Below, piece after piece: positions 10,985 through 22,948 of a stretch of DNA of 64,000 nucleotides. The DNA comes from Scyliorhinus canicula (lineage: Eukaryota). Position 1 is the stretch's first letter. The number at the start of each line of letters is the position of its first letter. The DNA lies in the NCBI RefSeq assembly GCF_902713615.1, contig NW_024056011.1:1-64000 (forward strand), given 5' to 3'. A program made the translations under genes and the position numbers. The notes beneath the pieces are model-generated. The model searched no databases. It was given only the letters and a program-made list of their open reading frames with translations, and was not told the DNA's origin.

Positions 10985-12530
10985 CTCGTCTGTGTATCTG
11001 AAAGTGTGTGCGTGTCTGAGTGTATGTGTGTGTGAGAGGGAGAGTGTGTTTGTGTCTATGTGTGTGTCTGCATGCATGCGAGAGATGGATCAAGAGAGTG
11101 GGAGAGAGAGTATACGTGTCAGAGTGTGTGAGAGAGAGAGTATCTCTGTGTGTCAGAGAATATCTGTGTGTGAGAGGGCCTTTGTGCGTATTTGTGCGAG
11201 CGAGAGCATATGTGCGTGTGAGGGAGCAAAATAGTGTCCACGGGAGAGAGATTGTGCGCAAAACTGTGTGTGAGACAGCATGTATGTGAGATAGCATGTG
11301 TGCCAGACATGTGTGTGAGAGCGTGTGTGTGTGAGAGAGTGTGTAACAAAGCATATGTGTGAGAGAGCATGTGTGCAACAGGGCATATGTGTGAGAGAGC
11401 ATGTGTGAGAGAGCATGTGTGTGAGAGAAAGTGTGCACGAGACAGCATGTGTGCAAGAGAACATGTGTGAGAGCATGTGTGTGTGAGAGCATGTGTGCGA
11501 GAGAGCACGAGTACGAGAGAGCATGTGAGTGAGAGAGCGTGTGTGCAAGCGGGAATGAGAGAGCATGTGAGTGTGAGGGCATGTGTGTGAGGGAGCGTGT
11601 GTGCAAGAGAGCGTGAGTGTGAGAGATATGTGTGTGAGAGAGCGTGTGTGTGAGAACGCATGTGTGGGAGAGTATATGTGTGAGAGCATGTATGCAACAG
11701 AGCATGTGTGTGAGAAAGCATGTGCGTGAGAGAGTATGTGAGTCAGCAAACATGAGTGTGAGTGAGTAAGTGAGTGAGAGAGTGTGTGCGAGAGAGTGTC
11801 AGAGCGCATGTGCATAAGAGAGCATGTATGCAAGAGAGGATATATGTGTGAGAGAGCAGGAGTACAAGAGAGCATGTGTGTGCGAGAGGCCGTGTGTGTA
11901 AGAGAGCGTGTGTGTGAGAGCGTGAGAGCGTCCGTGCGAGAGACCATGCACGTCAGAGTGTGTGTTTGTGTGAGAGAGCGTATGAGTGAGAGAGTGTATG
12001 TGTGAGAGAGCGAATATGTGAGAGAGCCTGTATGTGAGATAGCGTTTTGTGTGAGAGAGATGTGTGGGACAGAGCATGTGTGTGAACGAGCGTGTGTGCA
12101 AGAGATAATGTGTGCAAGAGTGCATGTGTGTGTGTGTGTGTCTGCGAATGATTTTTTATGTGAGTGAGATTGGTAAAACTTGTAAGAGAAAGTGTGTGAG
12201 AGAGAGTGTGAGAGAGGGAGATTGCCTGTGAAAGAGAGAGAGGAATAATGTGCCTGTGCATGTGACAGAGCGAGTGACAGTCTGTTGGTGTGTGAGGGAG
12301 AGTTGTAGAGAGAGAAAGTTGGAGACAGTGCGTATGTAAGAGAATGAGAGAGTGAGGCAGTACGTGTGGGTGACCGAGTGTGTGTGTGAGAGAGAGACTG
12401 TGTGTTTTTGAAGAGTGTATGTGAGAGTGTCTGTGAGAGAGTGTCTGTGTGTTTGAGGAATAGTCCGGGTTTGTCGGAGAGAGGGAGTATGTGAGGGAGA
12501 AACAGTGTGTGGATGAGAGAGTACTTAGCA
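10985..12530. repeat. (GT/GA)-rich degenerate microsatellite field
   Basis: Direct inspection. Confidence 0.92.
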
Positions 12531-15500
12531 TGTCCAATGTCACTCTGAAACACAGGGGAACGAATCATTCAAACTGCTCGATTCTAATTGATAAATGGTC
12601 AACTTACCAGAATAAGAATTCAATACCCTCTTTGAAATGAAACTGATATTAATTTCAAACTCCCTTCGCCTTTCAGCTATTTCTCCTGTCTGTCTGAACT
12701 GGGCACAATGTATTATCACTGAGAATGTTCACATTAAATATAACAGATTGAGGGCAGTTTAATGTCCGTGACAGAGATCCAGTGTTTGCTAAGAAATAAA
12801 CAAACCAGGAAACATTCATATTGGAAACTGATGACCTGATTTGATGCAATTTTCTAATTAAATATAATCAATAAAACAATCGAGGCGGGCCACCTCATCA
12901 ACCTGAGTAAATAAATGTATTATTTTCTAAATTATTTTCAGTACAATTAAACATTCTCCAATAGCTTTGTTATGGCACGCCAGTGTACTACTCAATTGTA
13001 GGCATTAATTTATGTTGAATTAGTTAGTACTAATGTCACGTTGCAAGTTATTGCCAATTGTCAATTAGTTGACCTGTCAGCTGATTTGTACTGTTTAATA
13101 TAAATAATAAAAAATGGTTCTCTGTAATTCAAAACCTGCTCCTGCCTGAAATTTGCTAAATAATTTTTATTTAATTAAATATTAAACTTCAAATTATCGG
13201 ATGGAATAATTCAGACATGTGTAATATATCATCTGTTTGTTAAAGCAGTACTCCCAAATTGCGAAACTGTTGTAACTCGAAACTATATCTCTAACAATAA
13301 AGGCCCTGGTAGTTTGTGATCAATAAAAGTGTTTCCGAGATTTAATCATTCAGGCAATTCGATTAACTTTATTATTGAAAATATTGCTTAATTAATGAGT
13401 GCAAAACGTAATGAAAACTACTGAGTTCGATCCTCTACAGCACTGAAACATAATGAGAAAATGATGGAGAAATGTTCTTGTTCAATTTATGATTTAATAA
13501 GAAATAAGCTTGAGGCTCAGATATAATCTATTCTTCTCTTGTGTAATTTGTTTTATTTCTATAATGCTATATTGTGTACAGCACAGCTATGCGAGATAGG
13601 ACGTTATTATTTTTTGCAAAGCTAATATTTTCCTTTTGTAATTAAATTAATCTCTTTGCATTTCAAGCTTTTAATGTGTCTCCAGCAATGAGCAGTATGA
13701 ACATTCCTACAATTTAGATAAAATCATAAGAACAATTCCTGCACTGTCAGCGACTTCCGCCTCTGAGAAACTCTTTATGATTAGATTAGAGACAATGACA
13801 AATGACGCTGAAGAGATAATATTCGAGCTTCTGTACATAAGTAATACAATAATCGGATACATAAATTGCCAAACTGCAATATAAAACTCCTATTTAAGTA
13901 ACTGCAAACGTAATCAGAGAAATAAAAAATAATTCAAATATAACTTGTGCAATTGAACAGTGCTGTAGAATCAGTATGTTATTATTAAAACAGTTTCATA
14001 AATAATCACAAAATATTCCCAGCCCAGAAAATTTTCCGGCCATGCTAATGGTGTGCAGAGCACAGCAGAATTGTGGAAGGCGAGTGATCATTAATGATAT
14101 TAATATGAAAACATATTTGGATAATATGGTTATAACATGTCATTATAATTGTTTAAGTTATATTAATTTTACTCACTAATTTGAAAACGTTTTAATTAAA
14201 TAGTTTCAGATTGCAGTAACGAATTGCATTCTTAATGACACCATGGTTTAGTTTAATCAGTCACCATTAGGTAAAATTTAAAAATGACTCTCAAATCTTT
14301 AATTCCTTTCTTTATTTTCGAAACCTGCCGCGTTTACTCCCTACCATTGTGCTTCAAGGAGATTCAAACGCCCAAACCTTTCTACATTTAACCAGAAAAC
14401 GTGTAACTGCTCAATGTCACCCAGTTTGAACAATGCAGAAACAACGAAGAAACAGAAAACCGCTTCACAAATTGTACTTATTCAAAGTCACCCAGACACA
14501 TTATCTCCTCAGCAGGAAAACACCAAAACTCATCGTAAGGACTCAACCCGTTTCATTGAGAAGCAGCTCAATTCTACATTCAACATAATCAAACGTAACA
14601 TTTCACAAACATCTGAATATTGAATCCAGCAAACCAGTTCGCCACCTAAAGTATGAATTATCAAACTAAATAGAAATACAAAACAACAGTAATATCACTG
14701 TGAGTATGTGGGGTATGTCCAAAATATTTTTGTAACTTTACCACATTTTATTCCTATTGAACCATATTTCAAACGCATTTAAACAGTTGGAAGGAGAGAT
14801 AAAGCTGCATCCATCTATCTCACAAGATAGAACATTGAAGTAAAGCCAGGCTATGATTGCTGTAACAAATTATGTTCGGAAAGAGCATTTTAAACTGTGG
14901 CTTAGTTATCTGCAATCATCACTTAAAAAAAACACTCTAAAATCTTAACTCTTTTCTGTCTACAACCGTGCAGCAGTTTCAAACACGTGTCTTGTATTCA
15001 TTCAGTTAAAAAAACGTGGAACCGCTCAATATCACCGACTTCAAAGAACATAGAAATGCCAGAACCGTTTCACAAATTTTACTCATTCAAAATCACCCAG
15101 ACAGAATCTCCTGAGCAGAAAAACACCAAATTTCATCACCGAGGGGCTGAAATTCGTCTCATGGAGAACCAGCTCAAATCTACAAACACTTTCAACAGAA
15201 TCAAACAGCATTTCAAGAAAATCTCCATCTAGAACCCACCAAATCTGCCTTTCAGCAAGTGAATGAACAATTAAAACAAACAGAAATATGGAAGAATACC
15301 ATCAGCATTGTCAATAAGCGGGAAGTGTTCAATAAATTGACACAGACACTTCAGCATATTTTGTGAATATTGGGTTAGATTTCTAACCCTTGTGCAGGAG
15401 GTGGTAAAACCTGCAGCCACCAGATGTCACCGAGATTAAACATTGCAGAAATACCAAACTGTTTAACAGGCGTTAGGTATTTAAAGTACCCAGCCACACA

Positions 15501-15735
15501 GTATCCTCAGCAAATAAACATCAAATCATAACAACCAGGGACTGAATCCCTCAGCAGCATCTTTTGTCAAGAGGCAGAGAAATTCCTTTTTCAGCAGAAT
15601 CACATGAAACATTGCAACAAAATCTCAATACAGCAAACCCGCAATTCAGTGAACGAATGCATAGTTAAAATAGAAAAAAATAAGTAAAACAAAGAGTCAA
15701 GTAAAACAGTTCATAAATAATGGAACAGTTCTTAC

Positions 15736-15783
15736 CTGCAGTCACCGTCACCATGGTCCCTTGTCCCCAGTAGTCGAAGTAGT
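15736..15783 (-). CDS. IGHJ: JH segment (YFDYWGQGTMVTVTA)
   Basis: WGXG motif; splice donor gtaag at 15735. Confidence 0.97.
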
Positions 15784-15822
15784 CACAGTGTCACATTCCC
15801 TGGTCTGCTCCATTCAATAACC
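15784..15822 (+). other. JH 23-RSS: CACAGTG - 23 bp - TCAATAACC
   Basis: Heptamer 15784-15790, spacer 15791-15813, nonamer 15814-15822. Confidence 0.92.
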
Positions 15823-16150
15823 GCACCTGCACAAAATAGATAGAAATCCACCATTATTTTAAATATTCACAAACCAGCGGCAAAGTAAACTTGTAATGAA
15901 TTTTCATTAAATTAGAATTGTATCTGTGGAAATCGCTTATTGTTCAGAAATGACGCTAATGTTTTATGTTTCAGAGTAAAACATGAACATGTTATTGAAA
16001 TCACTAACTAATGAGTGAATAATTGTCACAGATTTCCCATATTAATTATTGTCATTTTGTCAGTGCTGGAGATAAATAATACATCACTGTGAATAAAGTT
16101 GGATTGTAAAAGCGAGCACTGAGCCAGCCTCAGTTAATTAGTGCTGAGGG

Positions 16151-16216
16151 GCTTTTTGTATTGACAGTAACTGCTGTGCCCCAGTTATCACAGTGAGACA
16201 CAGCGTGTCAAATACT
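16151..16216 (-). other. IGHD: D2 segment (ATAACTGGGG, 16179-16188) with 12/12 RSSs
   Basis: 3' RSS: heptamer CACAGCA (16178-16172), 12 bp, nonamer ACAAAAAGC (16159-16151). 5' RSS: CACAGTG (16189-16195), 12 bp, TCAAATACT (16208-16216). Confidence 0.9.
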
Positions 16217-16515
16217 GCGGCAGACTGTTAACTGTAAATACAGAGATTTAATTTCACTGTTCACTCAAAAAACTAACCATGTCTCTTCCAAGAGCGAATG
16301 GGTGAGTTATTTCAGCTTGTCCGGGTCATTACATTTATAAAGAGGATCCGAACACTTTTAAACCTTCTGTGCACATTTAGCGAGTCGGTCAACAGAGATA
16401 AAGTGGAAGATTTTAATACATTTTTCCAAACTAATATTATGTTTTATTTAAGCCTCATTTGCCTTGACAATCCTTCTGTGACGCTGATCACAATTTGAAC
16501 AAACTCTTTCTCTGA

Positions 16516-16593
16516 GGTTTTTGTATGAGGATGTCGCTGTGCACAGCACTGTGACCCACTGTAGTCACAGTCACAGACACCCGCACAAAAACT
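16516..16593 (-). other. IGHD: D1 segment (ACTACAGTGGGT, 16554-16565) with a 5' 12-RSS and a 3' 22-RSS
   Basis: 3' RSS: CACAGTG (16553-16547), 22 bp, ACAAAAACC (16524-16516). 5' RSS: CACAGTC (16566-16572), 12 bp, ACAAAAACT (16585-16593). Confidence 0.92.
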
Positions 16594-16962
16594 GCACTCA
16601 CTCTCTGTTCAGTCCTGCCGCTCAATATTCACTTCAAATACACGTTTACTTCTGATCTAATTTACAATTTGACAGCAGTTTATAAAACCCAATGTACATA
16701 CGCTTTCGCCAAGAATCAGAAATAATAAAACCAGGATTATAGCCAAGTCTCTAATTGCTGAAACTGTGAACAGTAAATATAAACAGACAAAAGCTCATCC
16801 TATTAGATCGATTGGTTTGTTAGGGTTCACTGTTTATTTTCTCTGTGTGAGTTATGTAAGAAGCATCTTGTGTTTTGACTCTGATCACTGACATTAATAT
16901 TACATTTGAATCAAGTGCTGACCTTCAATTTAAGGTGGACGTTGTTGAATTCCCTCTCGAGC

Positions 16963-17001
16963 TGTTCTTGTGCGGGTCCAGCCCTGGTTCCTCTCGCTGT
17001 G
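16963..17001 (-). other. VH 23-RSS: CACAGCG - 23 bp - ACAAGAACA
   Basis: Heptamer 17001-16995 directly follows the YYCAS codons; nonamer 16971-16963. Confidence 0.9.
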
Positions 17002-17307
17002 GGCCGCTTGCACAGTAATAGATGGCGGTGTCTTCGGTCTTCAGGCTCCTCATGGCCAAAGAGAAGATGCTGTTTGAAGTGTCTTTGGACGCAGTAAATC
17101 GATCTTTAATTGCTGGGGCGTAGTAGTTGCTGGATGAAGTACGGTAGTAAACCAGCCACTCCAGCCCCTGTCCGGGAGCCTGGCGGACCCAGTACATGTA
17201 AGCTCTGCCAAGATTGAAGCCGCTGGTTTTACAGGTCAGTGTCAGGGAGCCTCCGGGACGCCCGGTCTCTGCCTCCGGCTGAGTCAACACAATATCCGAC
17301 TGGACAC
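17002..17307 (-). CDS. IGHV: VH exon ([55 protein letters not shown]...[10 protein letters not shown])
   Basis: Open frame with invariant C23, W41 and C104 equivalents; acceptor ...ttttacag at 17308. Confidence 0.97.
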
Positions 17308-17435
17308 CTGTAAAAATATATCAAAAAGCCCGAGGATTAATGCTGGTGAAATGATTGGTGACTCTGGAACATTCCAGAGAGAGACTAACACTGAGACAGT
17401 AACAGTGAGAGACTTGGACAATAAAAACTACTCAC

Positions 17436-17481
17436 GGGATAAGAAAGTCAGCAACAAACTGAGAGAAATGGCCCACCTCAT
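17436..17481 (-). CDS. IGHV: VH leader exon (MRWAISLSLLLTFLS)
   Basis: 46-nt phase-1 leader, donor gtgag at 17435. An additional in-frame upstream ATG lies at 17493. Confidence 0.93.
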
Positions 17482-17571
17482 CCTTCTGGTCATTTGGGGG
17501 AAATGGTTGTGTCAGGAACTCAGTGAACAAACCAGCTCCCGGACTGTTGGATTCGGGTCCCAGTGAGCGGC

Positions 17572-17580
17572 ATTTAAATA
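17572..17580 (-). promoter_or_regulatory. TATA-like element (TATTTAAAT) of the VH promoter
   Basis: About 90 nt upstream of the leader ATG, embedded in GC-rich sequence. Confidence 0.6.
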
Positions 17581-19110
17581 CCCGGCAGAAGGGGGCGGTT
17601 TTCCAGACGCCGCCTGTTGATTCCCTGGTGGAGGCGGCGCCTGGATCCACGTCCCACCTTCCACACCCCCAACAGAATGGACCCAGAGTTTACTGTAGGA
17701 TATTCTTTAAAAAATACATTAGATCGGTATCGGTATATTTGTTTGGCTGAATGGATTCATTGTAATGTCTATCCTCATCCGAATGGAAAATTATATTTGA
17801 ACATCTCGAAGTAAAATCTAATTCCATTATATATTAAGTCTCTTTATTCCTATACTTCAATATAAAGGGATGAACATAAACAGATTAAATTACATTATCA
17901 GGGAACAAATCGTCTGTCAGTAAGATTTGCAACACTCCGGGAATCTACTCCATTGCAACAATTAAGTATAATTTATCAGACGAAATGTAACTAAATGAGG
18001 GAATGAACGGCGTGTTAAATTTGCAGGGGGGGTGGGGGTGGCTATCACTGTACAATGTGGATCTGTCGACAAGAAGAAACTCCTCACATTATACAATGTC
18101 TCTCTTTACATTTCTCGATTTGCCCCTGAGCCTCAGACAGTCCTGTGAACATTAGTGGTAAAAGAAGCCGCTTGCCTGATAATTCAGCAGTGAGTTGACA
18201 GCGAAACATAAAATTAACATCAGCTTTTGACAGAGAAGTTAGTGAATCAGAACGGACAGGACGATCAGCAAAGTTATCCTTCAGCATCCAAATCATTGCC
18301 GCTAATTTTACTGACCACCGGCTGTCTAACATTCACTGGTGTTGGGAACACAGGATATCAGGACTTTGCTACATATTAAGCAATATCACAGGAATAAATG
18401 TTTTATTCTCCACTAAAGCAGGTCATGGACTGGTCAATTCTCCACTCATTGGCAGCAATAAGAGGGACTGTTAAACAATTGAAATCCAGACAAATTAAAC
18501 TGTACATAACACGGTGTTTATCGTGTATAAGAGAAGACTCCATTTAAAGGAGATTAAGAATTCGGAGAATAATCTAGGAATCCCCGCGAATTCAATGCAG
18601 TTTATTTATTTTTAATTCATTTTATTTTATTTTTTGTAATTGAAGTCATCTTATTGAACTTGTGGACTGGGTCCATCAACACCACTCACTCTCACTTCAT
18701 TAGGTTCTTAACAAACGGACTTCAATAACTAGAGTGACCTTTACTCAGAACTAATATAAATTAAATAGCAGTTAGTCCGTTTACTATTTTCCGATTGTGT
18801 TTAATCTCCTTGTGAACAGAACATTCACTGAATATATTTCTTTGCATGGAACATCATTCAAAACGTTTAGTTCATGTGCGACTGAAACATTTATTGTTTG
18901 AATGGATAAATCCCATTTAATCCATTCATAATCAGGCTAATCTGCCCCACACAGTATTTGGCAGCAATCCAGCCGCCTGCAGTCAGGGAGGCTCGAATGT
19001 TCAATGTTGTTTACAGGAAACATCTGGATTTATTTTCAAAGATCTGTTTCCTCAGTACTGACCTCTTGGCTGCAAGCCAACTTCAAACTCTTAACATTGT
19101 CAATGAGGAC

Positions 19111-21590
19111 TATTTATTTATTTTTTTTATATATAATTTTTATTGGAATTTTTTACAGAAAATATAAAACATAACGACAAACAATGAAATGCAACAAAAT
19201 AACCCATAATAACTGTGACACCCCCAGACCGTATCGACGCATGTATCACATCCCCCCACCCCCCCCAACCCCAATGAACAACAAAAGAACTTAAAAATAT
19301 ATTTAAATTAAATAAAGAAACATAGTCATTGTCCGCCCCCCCTTTCCCTCCCCCTTCCCCCCTCCCCCCCCCCCCCCACCCCCTCCCCCACCCCCCCGGG
19401 TTGCTGCTGCTACTGTCCCTGTACCCTATCGCTGAGCCAGAAAGTCGAGAAAAGGTTGCCACCGCCTAAAGAACCCTTGTACCGACCCTCTCAGGGCGAA
19501 TTTGACCTTCTCTAACTTAATGAAACCCACCATGTCATTGATCCAGGTCTCCACGCTTGGGGACCTCGCATCCTTCCATTGTGGCAAGATCCATCGCCGG
19601 GCTACTAGGGACGCAAAGGCCAGCACACCGGCCTCTTTTGCCTCCTGCACTCCCGGCTCCACCCCAACCCCAAAAATCGTGAGTCCCCATCCTGGCTTGA
19701 CCCTGGATCCCACCACCCTCGACACCGTCCTCGCCACCCCCTTCCAGAACTCCCCCAGGGCTGGGCATGCCCAGAACATATGGGCATGGTTCGCTGGACT
19801 CCCCGAGCACCTGACACACCTGTCTTCACCCCCAAAGAACCTACTCATCCTCGTCCCAGTCATGTGGGCCCTATGCAGCACCTTGAATTGGATGAGGCTA
19901 AGCCGCGCACACGAGGAGGAAGAATTAACTCTCTCCAGAGCATCAGCCCATGTCCCGTCTTCGATCTGTTCCCCCAGTTCCTCCTCCCACTTAGATTTCA
20001 GCTCCTCTACTGACGCCTCCTCCGCCTCCTGCATAACGTTGTAGATAACAGATATCTTCCCCTCTCCGACCCAGACCCCCGAAAGCACCCTGTCGCTCAC
20101 CCCCCTCCCGGGAAGTGAAGGGAATCCCTCCACCTGCCGCCTAGCAAATGCCTTTACCTGCAGATACCTGAACATGTTCCCCGGGGGAGCCCAAATTTCT
20201 CCTCCAACTCCCCCAGACTCGCAAACCCCCCATCAATAAACAGGTCCTTCAGCTGTCTGATGCCCGCTCTGTGCCAACCCTGAAATCCCCCATCAATGTT
20301 CCCCGGCTCAAACCTATGGTTCCCCCTTAACGGAGCCTCCATCGAGCCCCCCACTTCTCCCCTATGTCGCCTCCACTGCCCCCAAATCTTGAGGGTAGCA
20401 GCCACCACCGGACTCGTGGTACACCTCGTAGGAGGGAGCGGCCACGGCGCCGTTACCAGGGCCCCCAGGCTTGTATCTCCACTGGACGCCCTCTCCATCC
20501 ATTTCCATGCTGCCCCCTCCCCCTCCATTACCCACTTGCGCACCATCGACACATTGGCCGCCCAATAATCCCCCGAGAGATTGGGTAACGCCAGCCCCCC
20601 CCCCCCCCCCATCTCTACCCTGCTCCAAGAAGACCCTCTTCACCCTCGGGGTCCCATGCGCCCAAACAAAGCTCATGATGCTGCTAGTCACCCTTCTAAA
20701 AAAGGCCCTAGGGATAAAGATGGGCAAACACTGAAAAAGGAACAAGAACCTCGGGAGAACCGTCATTTTGACGGACTGCACTCTACCCGCCAACGATAGC
20801 GGCACCATGTCCCACCTTTTAAATTCCTCCTCCATCTGCTCCACCAGCCTGGTAAAATTAAGCTTATGGAGAGTCCCCCAACTCCTGGCCACCTGCACCC
20901 CCAGATATCTGAAACTCTTCACTGCCCTCTTAAATGGGAGTCTCCCAATTCCCTCCTCCTGATCACCCGGGTGTACTACAAATACCTCACTCTTGCCTAA
21001 ATTTAACTTATAGCCCGAGAAGCCCCCAAATTCCGCTAACAGCTCCATCACCCCCGGCATTCCCCCCTCTGGATCCGCCACATACAACAGCAGGTCGACG
21101 GCATACAGCGATACACAATGTTCCTCCCCAGCCCGCACCAGACCCCTTCATCTCCCTGACTCCCTCAATGCCATAGCCAAAGGTTCACTCGCCAGTGCAA
21201 AGAGCAAGGGGGACAGGGGGCACCCCTGCCTGGTCCCACGGTAGAGCCTAAAGTACTCCGATCTCCTTCCATTGGTAACTACACTTGCCATCGGAGACGC
21301 GTAGAGCAGCCTCACCCATTTGATGAATCCCTCCCCGAATCCGAACCGCTCCAGCACCTCCCACAGGTACCCCCACTCAACTCTATCAAACGCTTTCTCT
21401 GCATCCAGTGCCACCACTATCTCAGCCTCCCCCTCCACTGCCGGCATCATAATAACATTTAGCAGTCTCCGCACATTCGTGTTGAGCTGCCGTCCCTTGA
21501 CAAATCCTGTCTGATCCTCGTGTATCACCCCTGGCACACAGTCCTCTATCCTAGTGGCCAGGATCTTCGCCAGCAACTTTTGTGGTTGGA
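19111..21590 (-). mobile_element. L1-clade (L1/Tx1-like) LINE, 5'-truncated, ORF2 RT and C-terminus, disrupted
   Basis: Pieces 21148-21597 (QTGFVKGR, LDAEKAFDRVEW, GTRQGCPLSP), 20362-21138 (YAVD, YLGV), 20154-20612 and 19426-20175 (C-terminal CxxC...H...HMFWAC), then a GC-rich 3' UTR and an A-rich tail at ~19111-19140. Confidence 0.9.
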
Positions 21591-21892
21591 TTCTCAACTG
21601 AAAAGGTAATCAAAGATTATCCGGGGTAGGTGAAATGTGAATCTGACGTCATGTTCGCATCTGTCACGAACTTATTGAATGTTGGAGAAGGCTCAAGGGG
21701 ATACATAACCAACTCCTGCTCAACATTCGTCTGTTAGCAGGTCCGTGAGGAGGCGTCACAATCTCCTGAGTTATCGAGGGAGACACAGCATCGTTGAGCT
21801 ATTCCCCAGCTCAGCGCCATGAAGGATATTACAGCGAGAGAGGCAACTCCATGCCACAGGCGGTGCACGGTACGTGTTATCAGAACAAGAAA

Positions 21893-22059
21893 ATCGCTTA
21901 TTGTCACGAGTCGGCTTCAAATGAAGTTACTGTGAAAAGCCCCTAGTCGTCACATTCCGGCGCCTGTTCGGGGAGGCTGTTACGGGAATCGAACCGTGCT
22001 GATGGCCGGCTTGGTCTGCTTTCAAAGCCAGCGATTTAGCCCTGTCCTAAACAGCCCCT
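21893..22059 (-). mobile_element. Short tRNA-derived SINE (family also at 37893, 38066 and 40012)
   Basis: Minus-strand head ggggctgtttaggacagggctaaatcgctggc...ggttcgattcccg; the same sequence recurs four times in the window. Confidence 0.8.
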
Positions 22060-22092
22060 AAAAACATGTCATCCAGGAGTGGAACAACAATT

Positions 22093-22134
22093 CGTCTCTG
22101 GGTGGGATCGAACCACCAACCTTTCGGTTAACAA

Positions 22135-22166
<32 letters not shown>
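22093..22166 (-). tRNA. tRNA-Asn(GTT), one acceptor-stem mismatch
   Basis: GTCTCCGTGGCGCAATCGGTTAGCGCGTTCGGTTGTTAACCGAAAGGTTGGTGGTTCGATCCCACCCAGAGACG: cloverleaf with A and B boxes intact; C6.A67 mismatch. Confidence 0.85.
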
Positions 22167-22768
22167 GACAACGGGATCACAACTCTGTGCATTTCAACAG
22201 TGACGGCCAATCCTCTGATTGCCAGGGACCGAATGAGAATGCTGGCAATATTGGTCCCCTGAGGCAGTGCGGAAAATATCTGGAAGGAGCGTACACATGG
22301 TCCCCCGGGCATGGACATTTGTGAGACGTGGAATCATCACAGGCCCGTGAATTTTACAGAACTCACTTGGACAGCACCACACTTTCTTTGAAACACGTCC
22401 CTTATCCGGGAACCTCCATAACAGAAAGCAGGAAGTGTCAACATAGATTTGATGTATTTTCGATCAGAAATTCGATGTTCCGCTGAAGACTACTGGGGGC
22501 TCAGACTCATTGGCATAAGGTCGACCTAAGTTAACGGTCCTGGAAGATTTTATTATCCCCACATCTGAGAACTTTCATTACTGCTGCTCGGAAGTGGATA
22601 TTCCAAGCTTAAATTTACTGTGCATCGCGACATGCTGATTAATCTCACGAATGCGAAACGGCTCCTCTATTGACCTATACAAGATGTGGAGATGCCGGCG
22701 TTGGACTGGGGTGAGCACAGTAAGAAGTCTTACAACACCAGGTTAAAGTCCAACAGGTTTGTTTCAAA

Positions 22769-22803
22769 CACGAGCTTTCGGAGCACGGCTCCTTCTTCAG
22801 GTG
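22769..22803 (-). ncRNA. Minimal type I hammerhead ribozyme in the pLTR
   Basis: CAC-CTGAAGA-A-GGAGC-CGT-GCTCC-GAAAGCTC-GTG on the minus strand. Confidence 0.72.
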
Positions 22804-22948
22804 AATGGAAAGGCTTGTTCCAGAAATGTTTATATAGACACAGTCAGAGATGCCCCGGAATGCGAGCACCTGCAGGCAATCAAATCATCAAAGATGCAGA
22901 GAGAGAGGTAACTCCAGGTTAAAGAGGTGTGAATTGTCCCAAGCCAGT

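Noticed and set aside
10905-12568. His/Thr/Leu-rich ORFs up to 471 aa
   Set aside because: (CA/CT)n microsatellite read-through.
13660-13672. CTTTGCAT octamer variant as an intronic enhancer core
   Set aside because: A single 7/8 match in AT-rich DNA is expected by chance, and I saw no supporting motif cluster.
19111-21600. Target-site duplication for the L1 copy
   Set aside because: No convincing direct repeat was found at the two junctions.
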